Positions 1 to 11,115 of a stretch of 64,000 nucleotides of DNA are shown one piece after another. The stretch lies in assembly GCF_988243305.1 (NCBI RefSeq), contig NZ_OZ547136.1; one strand, 5' to 3'. The notes under the pieces are model-generated. The model was given only the letters and a program-made list of their open reading frames with translations. It was not told the DNA's origin and did no database searches. A program made the position numbers and the translations under genes. Positions within the stretch are counted from its first letter, which is position 1; every line of letters starts with the position of its first letter.

Positions 1-288
1 TGTGCCGCGCTTCTGCTCGCCCTCGCCTCACCCGCGGTACTCGCCGCGCCGGGATCCTGTGAGCGCATACAGAGCGATATATCACAGCGCATTATCAATA
101 ATGGCGTACCCGAAAGCAGCTTCACGTTAAGTATTGTACCCAATGACCAGGTTGATCAGCCTGATTCCCAGGTCGTCGGGCATTGCGCTAATGATACGCA
201 TAAAATTCTCTACACCCGCACCACCAGCGGTAACGTCTCTGCTCCCGCGCAGTCTACCCAGGATGGCGCGCCTGCCGAACCGCAGTAA
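1..288 (+). CDS. ynfD: YnfD (DUF1161 secreted protein), 3' part; 5' end outside window
   Basis: Frame 1 is open from base 1 to TAA at 286-288. Translation ...AAPGSCERIQSDISQRIINNGVPESSFTL...APAEPQ* is recognised as E. coli YnfD, and it sits upstream of ynfE as in K-12. Confidence 0.8.
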   Translation, partial: CAALLLALASPAVLAAPGSCERIQSDISQRIINNGVPESSFTLSIVPNDQVDQPDSQVVGHCANDTHKILYTRTTSGNVSAPAQSTQDGAPAEPQ

Positions 289-486
289 TACATTATCGAC
301 TGCACGCCGGATACGACACATCCGGCGATTTGAACATACAACATAATCCCACCTTATTACTCATACCCTTCTATTGATATGGATTAATAATTCTTAACCC
401 AAAATAGGTAGACTCCCTCTATTGTTAGCGCGCTAAATATTCAATATATAAACTTTTATATAACAATAAAGAACAGGGAGTGAGTT

Positions 487-2913
487 ATGTCCAAAAATGA
501 ACAAATGGTGGGCATCAGCCGCAGAACACTCGTTAAATCTACCGCGATAGGTTCTCTGGCGCTGGCTGCAGGCGGTTTTTCTTTACCGTTCACCCTACGC
601 AGTGCAGCGGCAGCGGTACAACAGGCCAGCGAAAAAGTGGTCTGGGGTGCCTGTTCCGTCAACTGTGGTAGCCGCTGTGCACTTCGTCTGCATGTTAAAG
701 ATAATGAAGTGACCTGGGTGGAAACTGACAACACCGGCAGCGACGAGTATGGCAATCATCAAGTACGCGCCTGTTTGCGCGGTCGGTCCATCCGTCGACG
801 TATTAATCATCCCGATCGCTTGAATTACCCAATGAAACGCGTGGGCAAACGCGGCGAAGGCAAATTCGAACGGATTAGCTGGGATGAAGCCCTGGATACT
901 ATCGCCAGTAGCCTGAAAAAAACCGTCGAACAATATGGCAATGAGGCTGTATATATTCAGTACTCTTCAGGGATCGTTGGCGGCAATATGACCCGCTCTT
1001 CGCCATCCGCCTCGGCGGTCAAACGCCTGATGAACTGCTACGGCGGTTCACTCAACCAGTATGGCTCCTACAGCACCGCGCAAATTTCCTGTGCCATGCC
1101 CTACACCTACGGCAGTAATGATGGCAACAGCACCACGGATATTGAAAACAGCAAGCTGGTCGTGATGTTTGGTAACAACCCGGCAGAAACCCGCATGAGC
1201 GGCGGTGGCATCACTTATCTTCTTGAAAAAGCGCGCGAGAAATCGAACGCAAAAATGATTGTTATCGATCCGCGATATACCGATACAGCTGCTGGTCGTG
1301 AAGACGAATGGCTACCTATTCGCCCGGGCACCGATGCCGCGCTGGTTGCGGGTATTGCCTGGGTATTGATTAACGAAAATCTCGTTGATCAACCTTTTCT
1401 CGATAAATACTGCGTCGGCTATGACGAAAAAACCTTACCCGCAGATGCACCAAAAAATGGTCACTATAAAGCCTATATTCTTGGTGAAGGTGACGATAAA
1501 ACAGCGAAAACGCCGCAGTGGGCTTCGCAAATTACCGGTATCCCGGTGGACCGTATCATCAAACTGGCGCGTGAAATTGGCACAGCAAAACCCGCTTATA
1601 TCTGCCAGGGCTGGGGACCGCAACGCCAGGCAAACGGCGAGCTGACTGCACGTGCTATTGCGATGTTGCCTATTCTGACGGGCAATGTCGGCATCAGCGG
1701 CGGGAATAGTGGCGCGCGTGAATCGACCTATACCATTACCATAGAACGCCTACCGGTGCTGGATAATCCGGTCAAAACGTCAATCTCCTGCTTCAGCTGG
1801 ACAGATGCTATCGATCATGGCCCGCAAATGACGGCAATCCGCGACGGTGTCCGGGGCAAAGATAAACTGGATGTGCCCATTAAGTTCATCTGGAACTATG
1901 CGGGAAATACCCTCGTTAATCAGCATTCTGACATCAACAAAACGCATGAAATTCTGCAGGACGAATCGAAATGCGAAATGATTGTGGTCATCGAAAACTT
2001 TATGACCTCATCGGCAAAATATGCCGACATTCTGCTGCCAGACCTGATGACCGTTGAGCAGGAAGATATTATTCCTAACGACTACGCCGGTAACATGGGA
2101 TATCTCATTTTCCTTCAGCCAGTCACCAGCGAAAAATTCGAACGCAAACCGATTTACTGGATCCTGAGTGAAGTCGCGAAACGTCTTGGACCTGAAGTCT
2201 ATCAAAAGTTCACTGAAGGTCGCACTCAGGAACAATGGTTACAACATCTGTACGCCAAAATGCTTGCCAAAGATCCGGCGTTACCGTCTTACGACGAACT
2301 GAAAAAAATGGGTATCTATAAGCGTAAAGATCCCAATGGTCATTTTGTCGCCTACAAAGCATTTCGTGACGACCCCGAGGCAAATCCACTTAAAACGCCT
2401 TCCGGTAAGATTGAAATTTACTCCAGCAAGCTGGCGGAAATTGCCCGTACCTGGGAACTGGAAAAAGATGAAGTGATAAGCCCACTGCCGGTTTATGCCT
2501 CAACCTTTGAAGGCTGGGACTCCCCTGAACGTAGCACCTTCCCACTGCAACTGTTTGGTTTCCATTACAAATCCCGTACTCACTCGACCTACGGCAACAT
2601 TGATGTCCTGAAGGCAGCCTGCCGTCAGGAGGTGTGGATCAACCCTATAGATGCACAGAAACGTGGGATTGCCAACGGCGATATGGTGCGGGTGTTTAAC
2701 CATCGTGGCGAAGTTCGGCTACCAGCCAAAGTGACACCACGCATTCTCCCTGGGGTTAGCGCTATGGGCCAGGGAGCCTGGCACGAGGCCAATATGTCTG
2801 GCGATAAAATCGACCATGGCGGCTGTGTGAATACGCTAACCACTCTGCGCCCTTCACCACTGGCGAAGGGAAACCCGCAGCACACGAATCTGGTCGAGAT
2901 CGAAAAAATATAA
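487..2913 (+). CDS. ynfE: Tat-exported molybdopterin (DMSO/selenate reductase family) catalytic subunit YnfE
   Basis: 808-aa ORF with twin-arginine signal (SRRTLVKS) and N-terminal Cys cluster CSVNCGSRC. Recognised as YnfE, a DmsA paralogue. Confidence 0.96.
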   Translation: MSKNEQMVGISRRTLVKSTAIGSLALAAGGFSLPFTLRSAAAAVQQASEKVVWGACSVNCGSRCALRLHVKDNEVTWVETDNTGSDEYGNHQVRACLRGRSIRRRINHPDRLNYPMKRVGKRGEGKFERISWDEALDTIASSLKKTVEQYGNEAVYIQYSSGIVGGNMTRSSPSASAVKRLMNCYGGSLNQYGSYSTAQISCAMPYTYGSNDGNSTTDIENSKLVVMFGNNPAETRMSGGGITYLLEKAREKSNAKMIVIDPRYTDTAAGREDEWLPIRPGTDAALVAGIAWVLINENLVDQPFLDKYCVGYDEKTLPADAPKNGHYKAYILGEGDDKTAKTPQWASQITGIPVDRIIKLAREIGTAKPAYICQGWGPQRQANGELTARAIAMLPILTGNVGISGGNSGARESTYTITIERLPVLDNPVKTSISCFSWTDAIDHGPQMTAIRDGVRGKDKLDVPIKFIWNYAGNTLVNQHSDINKTHEILQDESKCEMIVVIENFMTSSAKYADILLPDLMTVEQEDIIPNDYAGNMGYLIFLQPVTSEKFERKPIYWILSEVAKRLGPEVYQKFTEGRTQEQWLQHLYAKMLAKDPALPSYDELKKMGIYKRKDPNGHFVAYKAFRDDPEANPLKTPSGKIEIYSSKLAEIARTWELEKDEVISPLPVYASTFEGWDSPERSTFPLQLFGFHYKSRTHSTYGNIDVLKAACRQEVWINPIDAQKRGIANGDMVRVFNHRGEVRLPAKVTPRILPGVSAMGQGAWHEANMSGDKIDHGGCVNTLTTLRPSPLAKGNPQHTNLVEIEKI

Positions 2914-2970
2914 CCCACTACAACCATAAATTCTGGCATGACATTTTGTTTGAAAAGCAATAAGTGAGTA

Positions 2971-5397
2971 ATGATGAAAATCCATACCACAGAGGCGCTC
3001 ATGAAGGCTGAAATCAGCCGTAGAAGTCTGATGAAAACCTCCGCACTTGGCAGTCTTGCGCTGGCAAGCAGTGCTTTCACTCTGCCATTTTCCCAAATGG
3101 TCCGAGCGGCAGAGGCACCGGTAGAAGAGAAAGCGGTCTGGAGTTCCTGCACCGTTAACTGCGGGAGCCGCTGTCTGTTACGTTTGCATGTGAAAGATGA
3201 CACCGTGTACTGGGTGGAGTCTGATACGACAGGTGACGACGTCTACGGTAATCATCAGGTTCGGGCATGTTTACGCGGGCGCTCTATCCGCCGACGGATG
3301 AATCATCCTGACAGGTTGAAATATCCCATGAAGCGCGTCGGCAAGCGCGGTGAAGGTAAATTTGAACGGATAAGTTGGGATGAAGCCCTGGATACCATCA
3401 GTGATAATCTTCGGCGGATCCTTGAAGATTACGGCAATGAGGCTGTACATGTCCTGTACGGAACAGGCGTAGATGGCGGAAACATCACCAACTCGAACGT
3501 CCCGTACCGTCTGATGAACTCTTGCGGTGGTTTTCTCAGTCGCTATGGCAGCTACAGTACCGCTCAAATCAGTGCCGCAATGAGTTATATGTTCGGTGCC
3601 AATGATGGCAACAGCCCGGATGATATAGCCAATACGAAACTGGTCGTTATGTTCGGAAATAACCCGGCAGAAACCCGGATGAGCGGCGGTGGTGTCACTT
3701 ACTACGTCGAGCAAGCCCGAGAACGTTCAAACGCACGCATGATCGTCATCGATCCACGTTATAACGACACTGCTGCCGGGCGTGAAGATGAATGGCTGCC
3801 AATTCGCCCAGGCACCGATGGCGCACTGGCCTGTGCGATTGCCTGGGTACTGATTACTGAAAACATGGTCGATCAGCCATTTCTCGACAAATATTGTGTT
3901 GGTTACGATGAAAAAACGCTGCCCGCCAACGCACCACGTAACGCGCATTATAAAGCCTATATTCTGGGCGAAGGGCCTGACGGCATAGCTAAAACGCCGG
4001 AATGGGCAGCAAAAATCACCAGCATCCCGGCAGAAAAAATTATCCATTTGGCACGAGAGATCGGTTCAGCAAAACCTGCTTATATTTGTCAGGGTTGGGG
4101 GCCACAACGACACTCCAACGGCGAACAAACGTCCCGCGCTATTGCCATGCTTTCCGTTCTCACCGGTAACGTCGGCATAAACGGCGGCAACTCAGGTGTA
4201 CGCGAAGGTAGCTGGGATCTGGGGGTAGAATGGTTCCCGATGCTCGAGAATCCTGTTAAAACGCAGATTTCCGTCTTTACATGGACAGATGCCATCGACC
4301 ATGGTACGGAAATGACCGCGACCCGTGATGGTGTTCGTGGAAAAGAAAAACTGGATGTCCCCATCAAGTTTTTATGGTGCTACGCCAGTAACACATTGAT
4401 CAATCAACATGGCGACATCAATCACACCCATGAGGTGCTTCAGGATGACAGCAAGTGCGAGATGATTGTTGGCATTGACCACTTCATGACTGCCTCGGCT
4501 AAGTATTGCGATATCCTGTTGCCCGACCTGATGCCAACAGAGCAAGAAGACCTTATCTCTCACGAATCTGCCGGGAATATGGGCTATGTGATCCTCGCCC
4601 AACCCGCAACCTCAGCAAAATTTGAACGCAAACCCATCTACTGGATGCTGAGTGAAGTCGCCAAACGCTTAGGACCAGACGTTTATCAAACCTTTACTGA
4701 AGGCCGCAGTCAGCACGAATGGATCAAATATCTCCATGCGAAAACGAAGGAACGTAACCCTGAGATGCCCGACTACGAGGAGATGAAAACGACCGGGATC
4801 TTTAAGAAAAAATGCCCGGAAGAACACTACGTCGCTTTCCGCGCATTCCGTGAAGATCCACAGGCAAACCCGTTGAAAACACCTTCGGGGAAAATCGAAA
4901 TTTATTCTGAACGACTGGCGACGATTGCGGATACCTGGGAATTGAAAAAAGATGAAATTATTCATCCCCTTCCTGCGTATACCCCAGGTTTTGATGGCTG
5001 GGACGATCCCCTGCGGAAAACCTATCCACTGCAGCTAACGGGCTTCCACTACAAAGCGCGTACCCACTCCAGCTACGGCAATATTGATGTGTTACAGCAG
5101 GCCTGCCCACAAGAGGTGTGGATCAACCCTATTGATGCTCAGGCACGCGGTATCCGTCATGGCGATACCGTGCGGGTATTTAACAATAATGGAGAAATGC
5201 TGATTGCCGCAAAAGTGACTCCGCGTATTCTGCCTGGCGTTACCGCCATCGGGCAAGGTGCGTGGCTTAAAGCGGATATGTTTGGTGACCGGGTCGATCA
5301 CGGCGGCAGTATTAATATTCTGACCTCTCACCGCCCTTCACCGCTGGCAAAGGGAAACCCGTCGCACAGCAATCTTGTCCAGATCGAAAAGGTTTAA
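2971..5397 (+). CDS. ynfF: Tat-exported molybdopterin oxidoreductase catalytic subunit YnfF, tandem paralogue of YnfE
   Basis: 808-aa ORF with twin-arginine motif SRRSLMKT and CTVNCGSRC cluster. Collinear similarity to the upstream ORF is visible by eye. The start could be one codon downstream (MKIHTT). Confidence 0.95.
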   Translation: MMKIHTTEALMKAEISRRSLMKTSALGSLALASSAFTLPFSQMVRAAEAPVEEKAVWSSCTVNCGSRCLLRLHVKDDTVYWVESDTTGDDVYGNHQVRACLRGRSIRRRMNHPDRLKYPMKRVGKRGEGKFERISWDEALDTISDNLRRILEDYGNEAVHVLYGTGVDGGNITNSNVPYRLMNSCGGFLSRYGSYSTAQISAAMSYMFGANDGNSPDDIANTKLVVMFGNNPAETRMSGGGVTYYVEQARERSNARMIVIDPRYNDTAAGREDEWLPIRPGTDGALACAIAWVLITENMVDQPFLDKYCVGYDEKTLPANAPRNAHYKAYILGEGPDGIAKTPEWAAKITSIPAEKIIHLAREIGSAKPAYICQGWGPQRHSNGEQTSRAIAMLSVLTGNVGINGGNSGVREGSWDLGVEWFPMLENPVKTQISVFTWTDAIDHGTEMTATRDGVRGKEKLDVPIKFLWCYASNTLINQHGDINHTHEVLQDDSKCEMIVGIDHFMTASAKYCDILLPDLMPTEQEDLISHESAGNMGYVILAQPATSAKFERKPIYWMLSEVAKRLGPDVYQTFTEGRSQHEWIKYLHAKTKERNPEMPDYEEMKTTGIFKKKCPEEHYVAFRAFREDPQANPLKTPSGKIEIYSERLATIADTWELKKDEIIHPLPAYTPGFDGWDDPLRKTYPLQLTGFHYKARTHSSYGNIDVLQQACPQEVWINPIDAQARGIRHGDTVRVFNNNGEMLIAAKVTPRILPGVTAIGQGAWLKADMFGDRVDHGGSINILTSHRPSPLAKGNPSHSNLVQIEKV

Positions 5398-5407
5398 GGA
5401 GTAGCCC

Positions 5408-6025
5408 ATGACCACACAATATGGATTTTTTATCGATTCCAGCCGCTGTACTGGCTGTAAAACCTGCGAACTGGCGTGCAAAGATTTTAAAGATCTTGGC
5501 CCGGAAGTCAGTTTCCGCCGTATTTATGAATATGCTGGCGGCGACTGGCAGGAAGATAATGGCGTCTGGCACCAGAACGTGTTCGCTTATTATCTCTCCA
5601 TCTCCTGTAACCATTGCGATGACCCCGCATGTACAAAAGTCTGCCCCAGCGGCGCAATGCATAAGCGTGAAGATGGCTTTGTGGTGGTTGATGAAGATGT
5701 TTGTATCGGCTGCCGCTACTGCCACATGGCTTGTCCGTACGGCGCGCCACAGTACAATGCTGAAAAAGGGCACATGACGAAGTGCGATGGTTGTTATTCG
5801 CGCGTCGCCGAGGGGAAACAACCCATATGTGTCGAATCCTGCCCGCTGCGTGCACTTGAGTTCGGTCCAATTGAAGAGCTGCGCCAGAAGCACGGCACTC
5901 TGGCTGCCGTCGCGCCACTACCGCGCGCGCATTTCACAAAACCCAATATCGTTATCAAACCTAACGCCAACAGCCGCCCGACCGGCGATACCACTGGTTA
6001 TCTGGCTAATCCGGAGGAAGTGTAA
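5408..6025 (+). CDS. ynfG: 4Fe-4S ferredoxin-type electron-transfer subunit (DmsB paralogue)
   Basis: 205-aa ORF with four CxxCxxCxxxCP-type clusters (CTGCKTCELAC, CNHCDDPAC, CIGCRYCHMAC, CDGC...C). Confidence 0.96.
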   Translation: MTTQYGFFIDSSRCTGCKTCELACKDFKDLGPEVSFRRIYEYAGGDWQEDNGVWHQNVFAYYLSISCNHCDDPACTKVCPSGAMHKREDGFVVVDEDVCIGCRYCHMACPYGAPQYNAEKGHMTKCDGCYSRVAEGKQPICVESCPLRALEFGPIEELRQKHGTLAAVAPLPRAHFTKPNIVIKPNANSRPTGDTTGYLANPEEV

Positions 6026-6026
6026 A

Positions 6027-6881
6027 ATGGGAAATGGATGGCATGAATGGCCACTGGTTATCTTTACCGTATTGGGTCAATGCGTAGTAGGCGCGCTGAT
6101 TGTTAGCGGAATTGGCTGGTTCGCCGCCAATAATGACGCAGACCGTCAGCGTATTGTCCGTGGCATGTTTTTCCTCTGGCTGTTGATGGGCATCGGGTTT
6201 ATTGCCTCTGTCATGCACCTGGGATCGCCACTGCGAGCGTTTAACTCGCTGAATCGAATCGGAGCTTCTGGTCTGAGTAACGAGATTGCTGCCGGTTCAA
6301 TATTTTTTGCCGTTGGCGGATTATGGTGGCTGGTGGCGGTCATCGGTAAAATGCCGCAAGCGTTGGGGAAACTCTGGTTACTTGTCAGCATGGCGCTCGG
6401 CGTCATTTTCGTCTGGATGATGACCGGCGTGTATCAAATCGACACCGTGCCAACCTGGCATAACGGTTACACTACGCTGGCTTTCTTCCTGACAGTATTG
6501 TTGAGCGGTCCAATACTTGCTGCCGCAATTCTGCGGGCAGCCCGCATTACATTTAATACCACACCCTTTGCCATCATTAGCGTTCTGGCGCTGATCGCTT
6601 GTGCCGGGGTGATTGTGCTGCAAGGTTTGTCTCTGGCGTCTATTCACTCATCCGTACAACAAGCCAGCGCACTGGTACCAGATTACGCCTCCTTACAGGT
6701 CTGGCGTGTGGTATTGTTATGCACAGGTCTAGGATGCTGGCTTTGTCCGCTCATTCGTCGCCGTGAACCTCACGTTGCCGGACTTGTTCTGGGGCTAATC
6801 CTCATACTTGGCGGTGAGATGATCGGGCGTGTGCTCTTTTATGGCCTGCACATGACGGTAGGAATGGCTATTGCAGGTTAA
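6027..6881 (+). CDS. ynfH: Membrane anchor subunit (DmsC paralogue)
   Basis: ATG at 6027 (MGNGWHEWPLVIF...) lies 1 nt after the ynfG stop. The product is a 284-aa polytopic hydrophobic protein. The longer 5787 start in the ORF track overlaps ynfG and is rejected. Confidence 0.93.
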   Translation: MGNGWHEWPLVIFTVLGQCVVGALIVSGIGWFAANNDADRQRIVRGMFFLWLLMGIGFIASVMHLGSPLRAFNSLNRIGASGLSNEIAAGSIFFAVGGLWWLVAVIGKMPQALGKLWLLVSMALGVIFVWMMTGVYQIDTVPTWHNGYTTLAFFLTVLLSGPILAAAILRAARITFNTTPFAIISVLALIACAGVIVLQGLSLASIHSSVQQASALVPDYASLQVWRVVLLCTGLGCWLCPLIRRREPHVAGLVLGLILILGGEMIGRVLFYGLHMTVGMAIAG

Positions 6882-6923
6882 CAAATTGGTGCGGGGCAAC
6901 CCGCACATTTCAGGATGTTAGGA

Positions 6924-7538
6924 ATGACCCATTTTTCACAGCAAGATAATTTTTCTGTCGCGGCGCGCGTGTTGGGCGCGCTGTTTTATTACGCTCCAGA
7001 GAGTGCGGAAGCCGCACCTCTGGTTGCGGTACTCACCCGTGACGGCTGGGAAACTCAGTGGCCTCTACCCGAAGCGTCATTAGCGCCGCTGGTGACGGCT
7101 TTTCAGGCACAGAGTGAAGAGACTCGCGCCCAGGCCTGGCAGCGTTTGTTTGTCGGCCCGTGGGCACTGCCGTCACCGCCGTGGGGGTCGGTCTGGCTGG
7201 ATCGCGAATCTGTGCTGTTTGGCGATTCAACATTGGCACTTCGTCAGTGGATGCGCGAGAAAGGCATTCAGTTTGAAATGAAGCAAAACGAACCGGAAGA
7301 TCATTTTGGTTCACTGCTGTTGATGGCTGCGTGGTTGGCGGAGAATGGTCGCCAGACAGAATGCGAAGAATTGCTGGCATGGCACCTTTTTCCGTGGTCA
7401 ATACGTTTTCTTGACGTTTTTATCGAAAAAGCAGAACACCCTTTCTACCGTGCACTGGGTGAACTGGCTCGCTTAACGCTGGCGCAATGGCAATCACAAC
7501 TGTTAATTCCTGTCGCGGTTAAACCACTCTTTCGATAG
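6924..7538 (+). CDS. dmsD: Tat proofreading chaperone DmsD
   Basis: MTHFSQQDNFSVAARVLGALFYY... is recognised as DmsD (204 aa). The start is chosen at the K-12 N-terminus within the 6915 ORF. Confidence 0.93.
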   Translation: MTHFSQQDNFSVAARVLGALFYYAPESAEAAPLVAVLTRDGWETQWPLPEASLAPLVTAFQAQSEETRAQAWQRLFVGPWALPSPPWGSVWLDRESVLFGDSTLALRQWMREKGIQFEMKQNEPEDHFGSLLLMAAWLAENGRQTECEELLAWHLFPWSIRFLDVFIEKAEHPFYRALGELARLTLAQWQSQLLIPVAVKPLFR

Positions 7539-7731
7539 GATCACCGTAATATTGCCGGATGGTGGCGATTACGCGCAATTCGGCAATAATAGGTTACAGT
7601 GTCACGTTTTTTATCTCTTAAAGCACGCACTGCTTTTGCGTCTGGCCTCTTTTGCCGCAAAATAGTCGCCCGTGTTTCATTGCCCATTTCTGCTCATGCA
7701 TCATCTACACATCTATCCGGATCTGCGCACT

Positions 7732-8988
7732 ATGTTCCGCCGTCTGCTTATCGCAACAGTCGTCGGTATTCTCGCGGCCTTTGCCGTTGCCGGGTTTCGT
7801 CATACGATGCTGCTACTGGAGTGGTTGTTCCTCAATAATGACTCGGGCAGTCTGGTCAATGCAGCGACAAATCTTTCCCCGTGGCGACGGCTGCTAACTC
7901 CGGCGCTCGGCGGACTGGCGGCGGGTTTGTTGCTGATGGGCTGGCAGAAATTTACCCAGCAACGCCCTCATGCGCCGACCGATTACATGGAAGCGTTGCA
8001 AACCGATGGGCAGTTTGATTACGCAGCAAGCCTGGTTAAATCGCTTGCCTCTCTGCTGGTAGTAACCAGCGGCAGTGCAATTGGTCGCGAAGGTGCGATG
8101 ATTCTTTTAGCTGCCCTTGCCGCCTCCTGTTTTGCCCAACGTTTTACGCCACGCCAGGAGTGGAAATTATGGATCGCCTGTGGAGCTGCGGCGGGAATGG
8201 CTGCGGCCTATCGCGCCCCGCTTGCTGGCAGTTTATTTATAGCCGAAGTGCTGTTTGGCACTATGATGTTGGCCTCTCTCGGCCCGGTGATTATTTCCGC
8301 CGTCGTGGCGTTGCTGGTTAGCAATCTGATTAATCATAGCGACGCGTTACTCTACAGCGTACAACTCTCAGTGACGATTCAGGCTCGTGACTATGCGCTG
8401 ATTATCAGTACAGGTGTGCTGGCAGGTCTGGGCGGACCACTGTTGTTAACGTTAATGAACGCCTGTCATCGTGGATTTGTAAGTCTCAAACTTGCGCCGC
8501 CCTGGCAACTGGCACTGGGCGGGTTGATCGTGGGTCTGCTTTCCCTGTTCACACCTGCAGTGTGGGGCAACGGCTATAGCACCGTACAATCCTTTTTAAC
8601 CGCCCCGCCACTGTTAATGATCATTGCCGGGATCTTCCTCTGTAAACTGTTTGCCGTGCTGGCGAGTAGTGGTTCTGGCGCGCCCGGTGGTGTCTTTACA
8701 CCGACGCTATTTATCGGTCTTGCCATTGGCATGTTGTATGGTCGTAGCCTGGGATTATGGTTCCCTGATGGCGAAGAAATTACGCTTTTACTCGGATTGA
8801 CCGGGATGGCGACACTGTTGGCGGCAACCACGCACGCGCCGATTATGTCGACGTTGATGATATGTGAAATGACCGGGGAGTATCAGCTACTCCCCGGTTT
8901 ATTGATTGCCTGCGTAATTGCGTCGGTAATTTCGCGGACGTTACACCGTGACTCTATCTACCGCCAGCACACTGCGAAGCATAGCTAA
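7732..8988 (+). CDS. clcB: Voltage-gated ClC-type chloride channel ClcB
   Basis: [17 protein letters not shown]... gives 418 aa from the internal ATG of the 7672 ORF. ClC motifs GSAIGREG and GxFxP (GGVFTP) are present. Confidence 0.93.
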   Translation: MFRRLLIATVVGILAAFAVAGFRHTMLLLEWLFLNNDSGSLVNAATNLSPWRRLLTPALGGLAAGLLLMGWQKFTQQRPHAPTDYMEALQTDGQFDYAASLVKSLASLLVVTSGSAIGREGAMILLAALAASCFAQRFTPRQEWKLWIACGAAAGMAAAYRAPLAGSLFIAEVLFGTMMLASLGPVIISAVVALLVSNLINHSDALLYSVQLSVTIQARDYALIISTGVLAGLGGPLLLTLMNACHRGFVSLKLAPPWQLALGGLIVGLLSLFTPAVWGNGYSTVQSFLTAPPLLMIIAGIFLCKLFAVLASSGSGAPGGVFTPTLFIGLAIGMLYGRSLGLWFPDGEEITLLLGLTGMATLLAATTHAPIMSTLMICEMTGEYQLLPGLLIACVIASVISRTLHRDSIYRQHTAKHS

Positions 8989-9636
8989 GCGGATGTATTG
9001 CCCCAGTTCACGCTGTTCGGCGCGCGGCAGATAAGGCAGTTCACCAATGAGCGGTGCCGGAAGTTTTTTACCGAGCACATCAATGATTTCCGCATAATGC
9101 GCCAGTCCTGGATTGATTCGGTTAGCCACCCAGCCAATGAGCGGTAGCCCGTCGTTGGCGATCGCCTGAGCTGTTAGCAGTGCATGGTTAATGCAACCTT
9201 CCTGAATACCGACAACCATCAACACCGGCAGTTGTTCCTGCACCACCCATTCAGAGAGCGGACGCAAATCATTCATCAGACTGCGCCAGCCGCCAGTCCC
9301 TTCTACCACCACATGATCGACTTTATCGGTCAGGTTTGCCAGGCCGTTTGAAATGAGGGTGTAATTGATTGGGCAACTGTGCGCCACGCTACTTTCTTCT
9401 TCGCTTAACGCGATAGGATTAACTGCTTCATAAGGCAGTTCGATGGTTGAAACACTCTGCAACACCAGGGCATCTTTATTACGCAGCCCTTCGGGTGTCT
9501 CTTTGCTCCCCTTCGCTACGGGTTTATATCCCGCAACCGTTTTTCCCTGGGAGGCTAACGCTTGTAGCAATGCGCGGGAAACCACCGTTTTCCCTACAGA
9601 AGTGTCTGTACCGGTAATAAAGAAACGCTTCAGCAT
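8941..9636 (-). CDS. ynfK: Dethiobiotin synthetase paralogue (BioD2/YnfK)
   Basis: [18 protein letters not shown]-loop N-terminus, 231 aa. The 3' end overlaps the clcB 3' end convergently by 48 nt. Confidence 0.93.
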   Translation of the reverse strand: MLKRFFITGTDTSVGKTVVSRALLQALASQGKTVAGYKPVAKGSKETPEGLRNKDALVLQSVSTIELPYEAVNPIALSEEESSVAHSCPINYTLISNGLANLTDKVDHVVVEGTGGWRSLMNDLRPLSEWVVQEQLPVLMVVGIQEGCINHALLTAQAIANDGLPLIGWVANRINPGLAHYAEIIDVLGKKLPAPLIGELPYLPRAEQRELGQYIRLAMLRSVLAVDRVTV

Positions 9637-9760
9637 CACTAACTCCACCGTTATGCTTCACAAATATAAACCAGGAAAATAATTAACCTTGAAAGTCTAA
9701 GTTATGCTTTCCTGGCCCAAATTGAGATAGCGCAAATTTTGGTAGAACAGTTAAAAAATG

Positions 9761-10981
9761 TTAACCCTGCAACAGACGAATCAACAAAGAACCGTTATAC
9801 ATCGCGTCTTTTACTAGCGCAGCCCCTGCCATCGTACCCTGGTTAGAAAATTGAGTACTCTCAACGCTAATGTGCTGACTATACGCAGGAAGGGCCTGCT
9901 GACGGATGCTGTCCGAGATGACCGGGAAGAGGATATCTGCCGCTTTACTTAACGGTGAGCCAATCAGTATTTTTTGTGGGTTAAATAAATTCACCATGAT
10001 GGCAAGAATGCGCCCGACATGCGCGCCCACCCCGGTAATGATGTCTTTTGCCAGCAGATCGCCGCGCAATGCCGCCTGACACAATGAATCCACGGTTAAC
10101 GGCTGTCCATGTAACATCGAGCTCATGGATTGATTAAGACGCAGCTGCGCCAGCTCAAGAATACTGTCCACACTGGCGATGGTTTCGAGGCAGCCGTGAT
10201 TCCCGCAATAACAGCGTTTCCCATACGGGTCGACCTGCGTGTGACCTATTTCCACGAGGCTACTGCTGCCTGCGTGTAGCAGATGACCATCGGTAATGAC
10301 GCCCGCCCCCACGTTGTGATCGATAACCACCTGAATCACATCGCGCGCCCCGCGTGAGGCACCAAACAAGGCCTCAGCCATCGTCCATGCGCTGATATCA
10401 TGCTGAATATAAACCGGTACGCCGGTATGCTGCTCCAGCGCCTCGCCGAGCGGCATCTCTTTTACATCCTCGTAGAACGGCATGCGATGTACAATACCAT
10501 TTTCCGTATCAATAATTCCCGGCAAGGTAATGGCAATCGAAGTCAGACGCTCAAGTTTTTTCTGGTGGCGGATAAAAAACTGATCGATATGGGAAATGAT
10601 ACGATCCAGCAATGGCGAGTCATCTTTTAACGCCAGTTCCTGCGACTCCTCCACTACCAGTTTGCTGCTCAGATCGCGCAAAGCAAGGAAAATCTCCCCG
10701 CGACTAATGCGCAGAGAAAGATAGTGCCAGGCTTCAGTTTCAACCACCAGCCCCACTGCCGGACGGCCACGGTTCCCCGCTTCTTTGATTTCCAGCTCTT
10801 GCACCAGGTGTGCTTCGAGCATCTCACGGACAATTTTAGTGATACTGGCAGGAGCCAGCTGCGCCAGACGGGAAAGATCGATACGCGAGACTGGACCAAG
10901 CTGATCAATCAGGCGATAAACCGCGCCCGCGTTGGTCTGCTTTATTTGATCAATGTGCCCAGGCTGATTTTCAGCAACCAC
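9761..10981 (-). CDS. mlc: ROK-family global glucose regulator Mlc (DgsA)
   Basis: 406-aa ORF, MVAENQPGHIDQIKQTNAGAVYRLID..., with ROK Cys motif CYCGNHGCLE. Confidence 0.96.
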   Translation of the reverse strand: MVAENQPGHIDQIKQTNAGAVYRLIDQLGPVSRIDLSRLAQLAPASITKIVREMLEAHLVQELEIKEAGNRGRPAVGLVVETEAWHYLSLRISRGEIFLALRDLSSKLVVEESQELALKDDSPLLDRIISHIDQFFIRHQKKLERLTSIAITLPGIIDTENGIVHRMPFYEDVKEMPLGEALEQHTGVPVYIQHDISAWTMAEALFGASRGARDVIQVVIDHNVGAGVITDGHLLHAGSSSLVEIGHTQVDPYGKRCYCGNHGCLETIASVDSILELAQLRLNQSMSSMLHGQPLTVDSLCQAALRGDLLAKDIITGVGAHVGRILAIMVNLFNPQKILIGSPLSKAADILFPVISDSIRQQALPAYSQHISVESTQFSNQGTMAGAALVKDAMYNGSLLIRLLQG

Positions 10982-11115
10982 CGCATACTCCCTATATTTT
11001 CGCGCTCCGAAATAATCTGTAGGCTATGGTGAAGCACTTCAATACGTGTCGTCAAATTTTTACTTAGGCATGTGATTAACAGCACATTTTTCGGGCTTTT
11101 TCGCTGAAATTTCCC

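Noticed and set aside
487-5397. ynfE/ynfF tandem duplication as a possible novel repeat or recent amplification
   Set aside because: The two 808-aa ORFs are clearly diverged paralogues with many substitutions throughout. They correspond to the known ynfE-ynfF pair of E. coli, so this is not a new structural feature.
5787-6026. Upstream 80-codon extension of ynfH in the ORF track (364-aa version)
   Set aside because: It overlaps the ynfG coding sequence in another frame. The K-12 N-terminus MGNGWHEWPLV starts at 6027, right after the ynfG stop.
8941-8988. 48-nt convergent overlap of the clcB and ynfK 3' ends
   Set aside because: It is real in the sequence, but to my knowledge the same arrangement is present in K-12, so it is not treated as a novelty.
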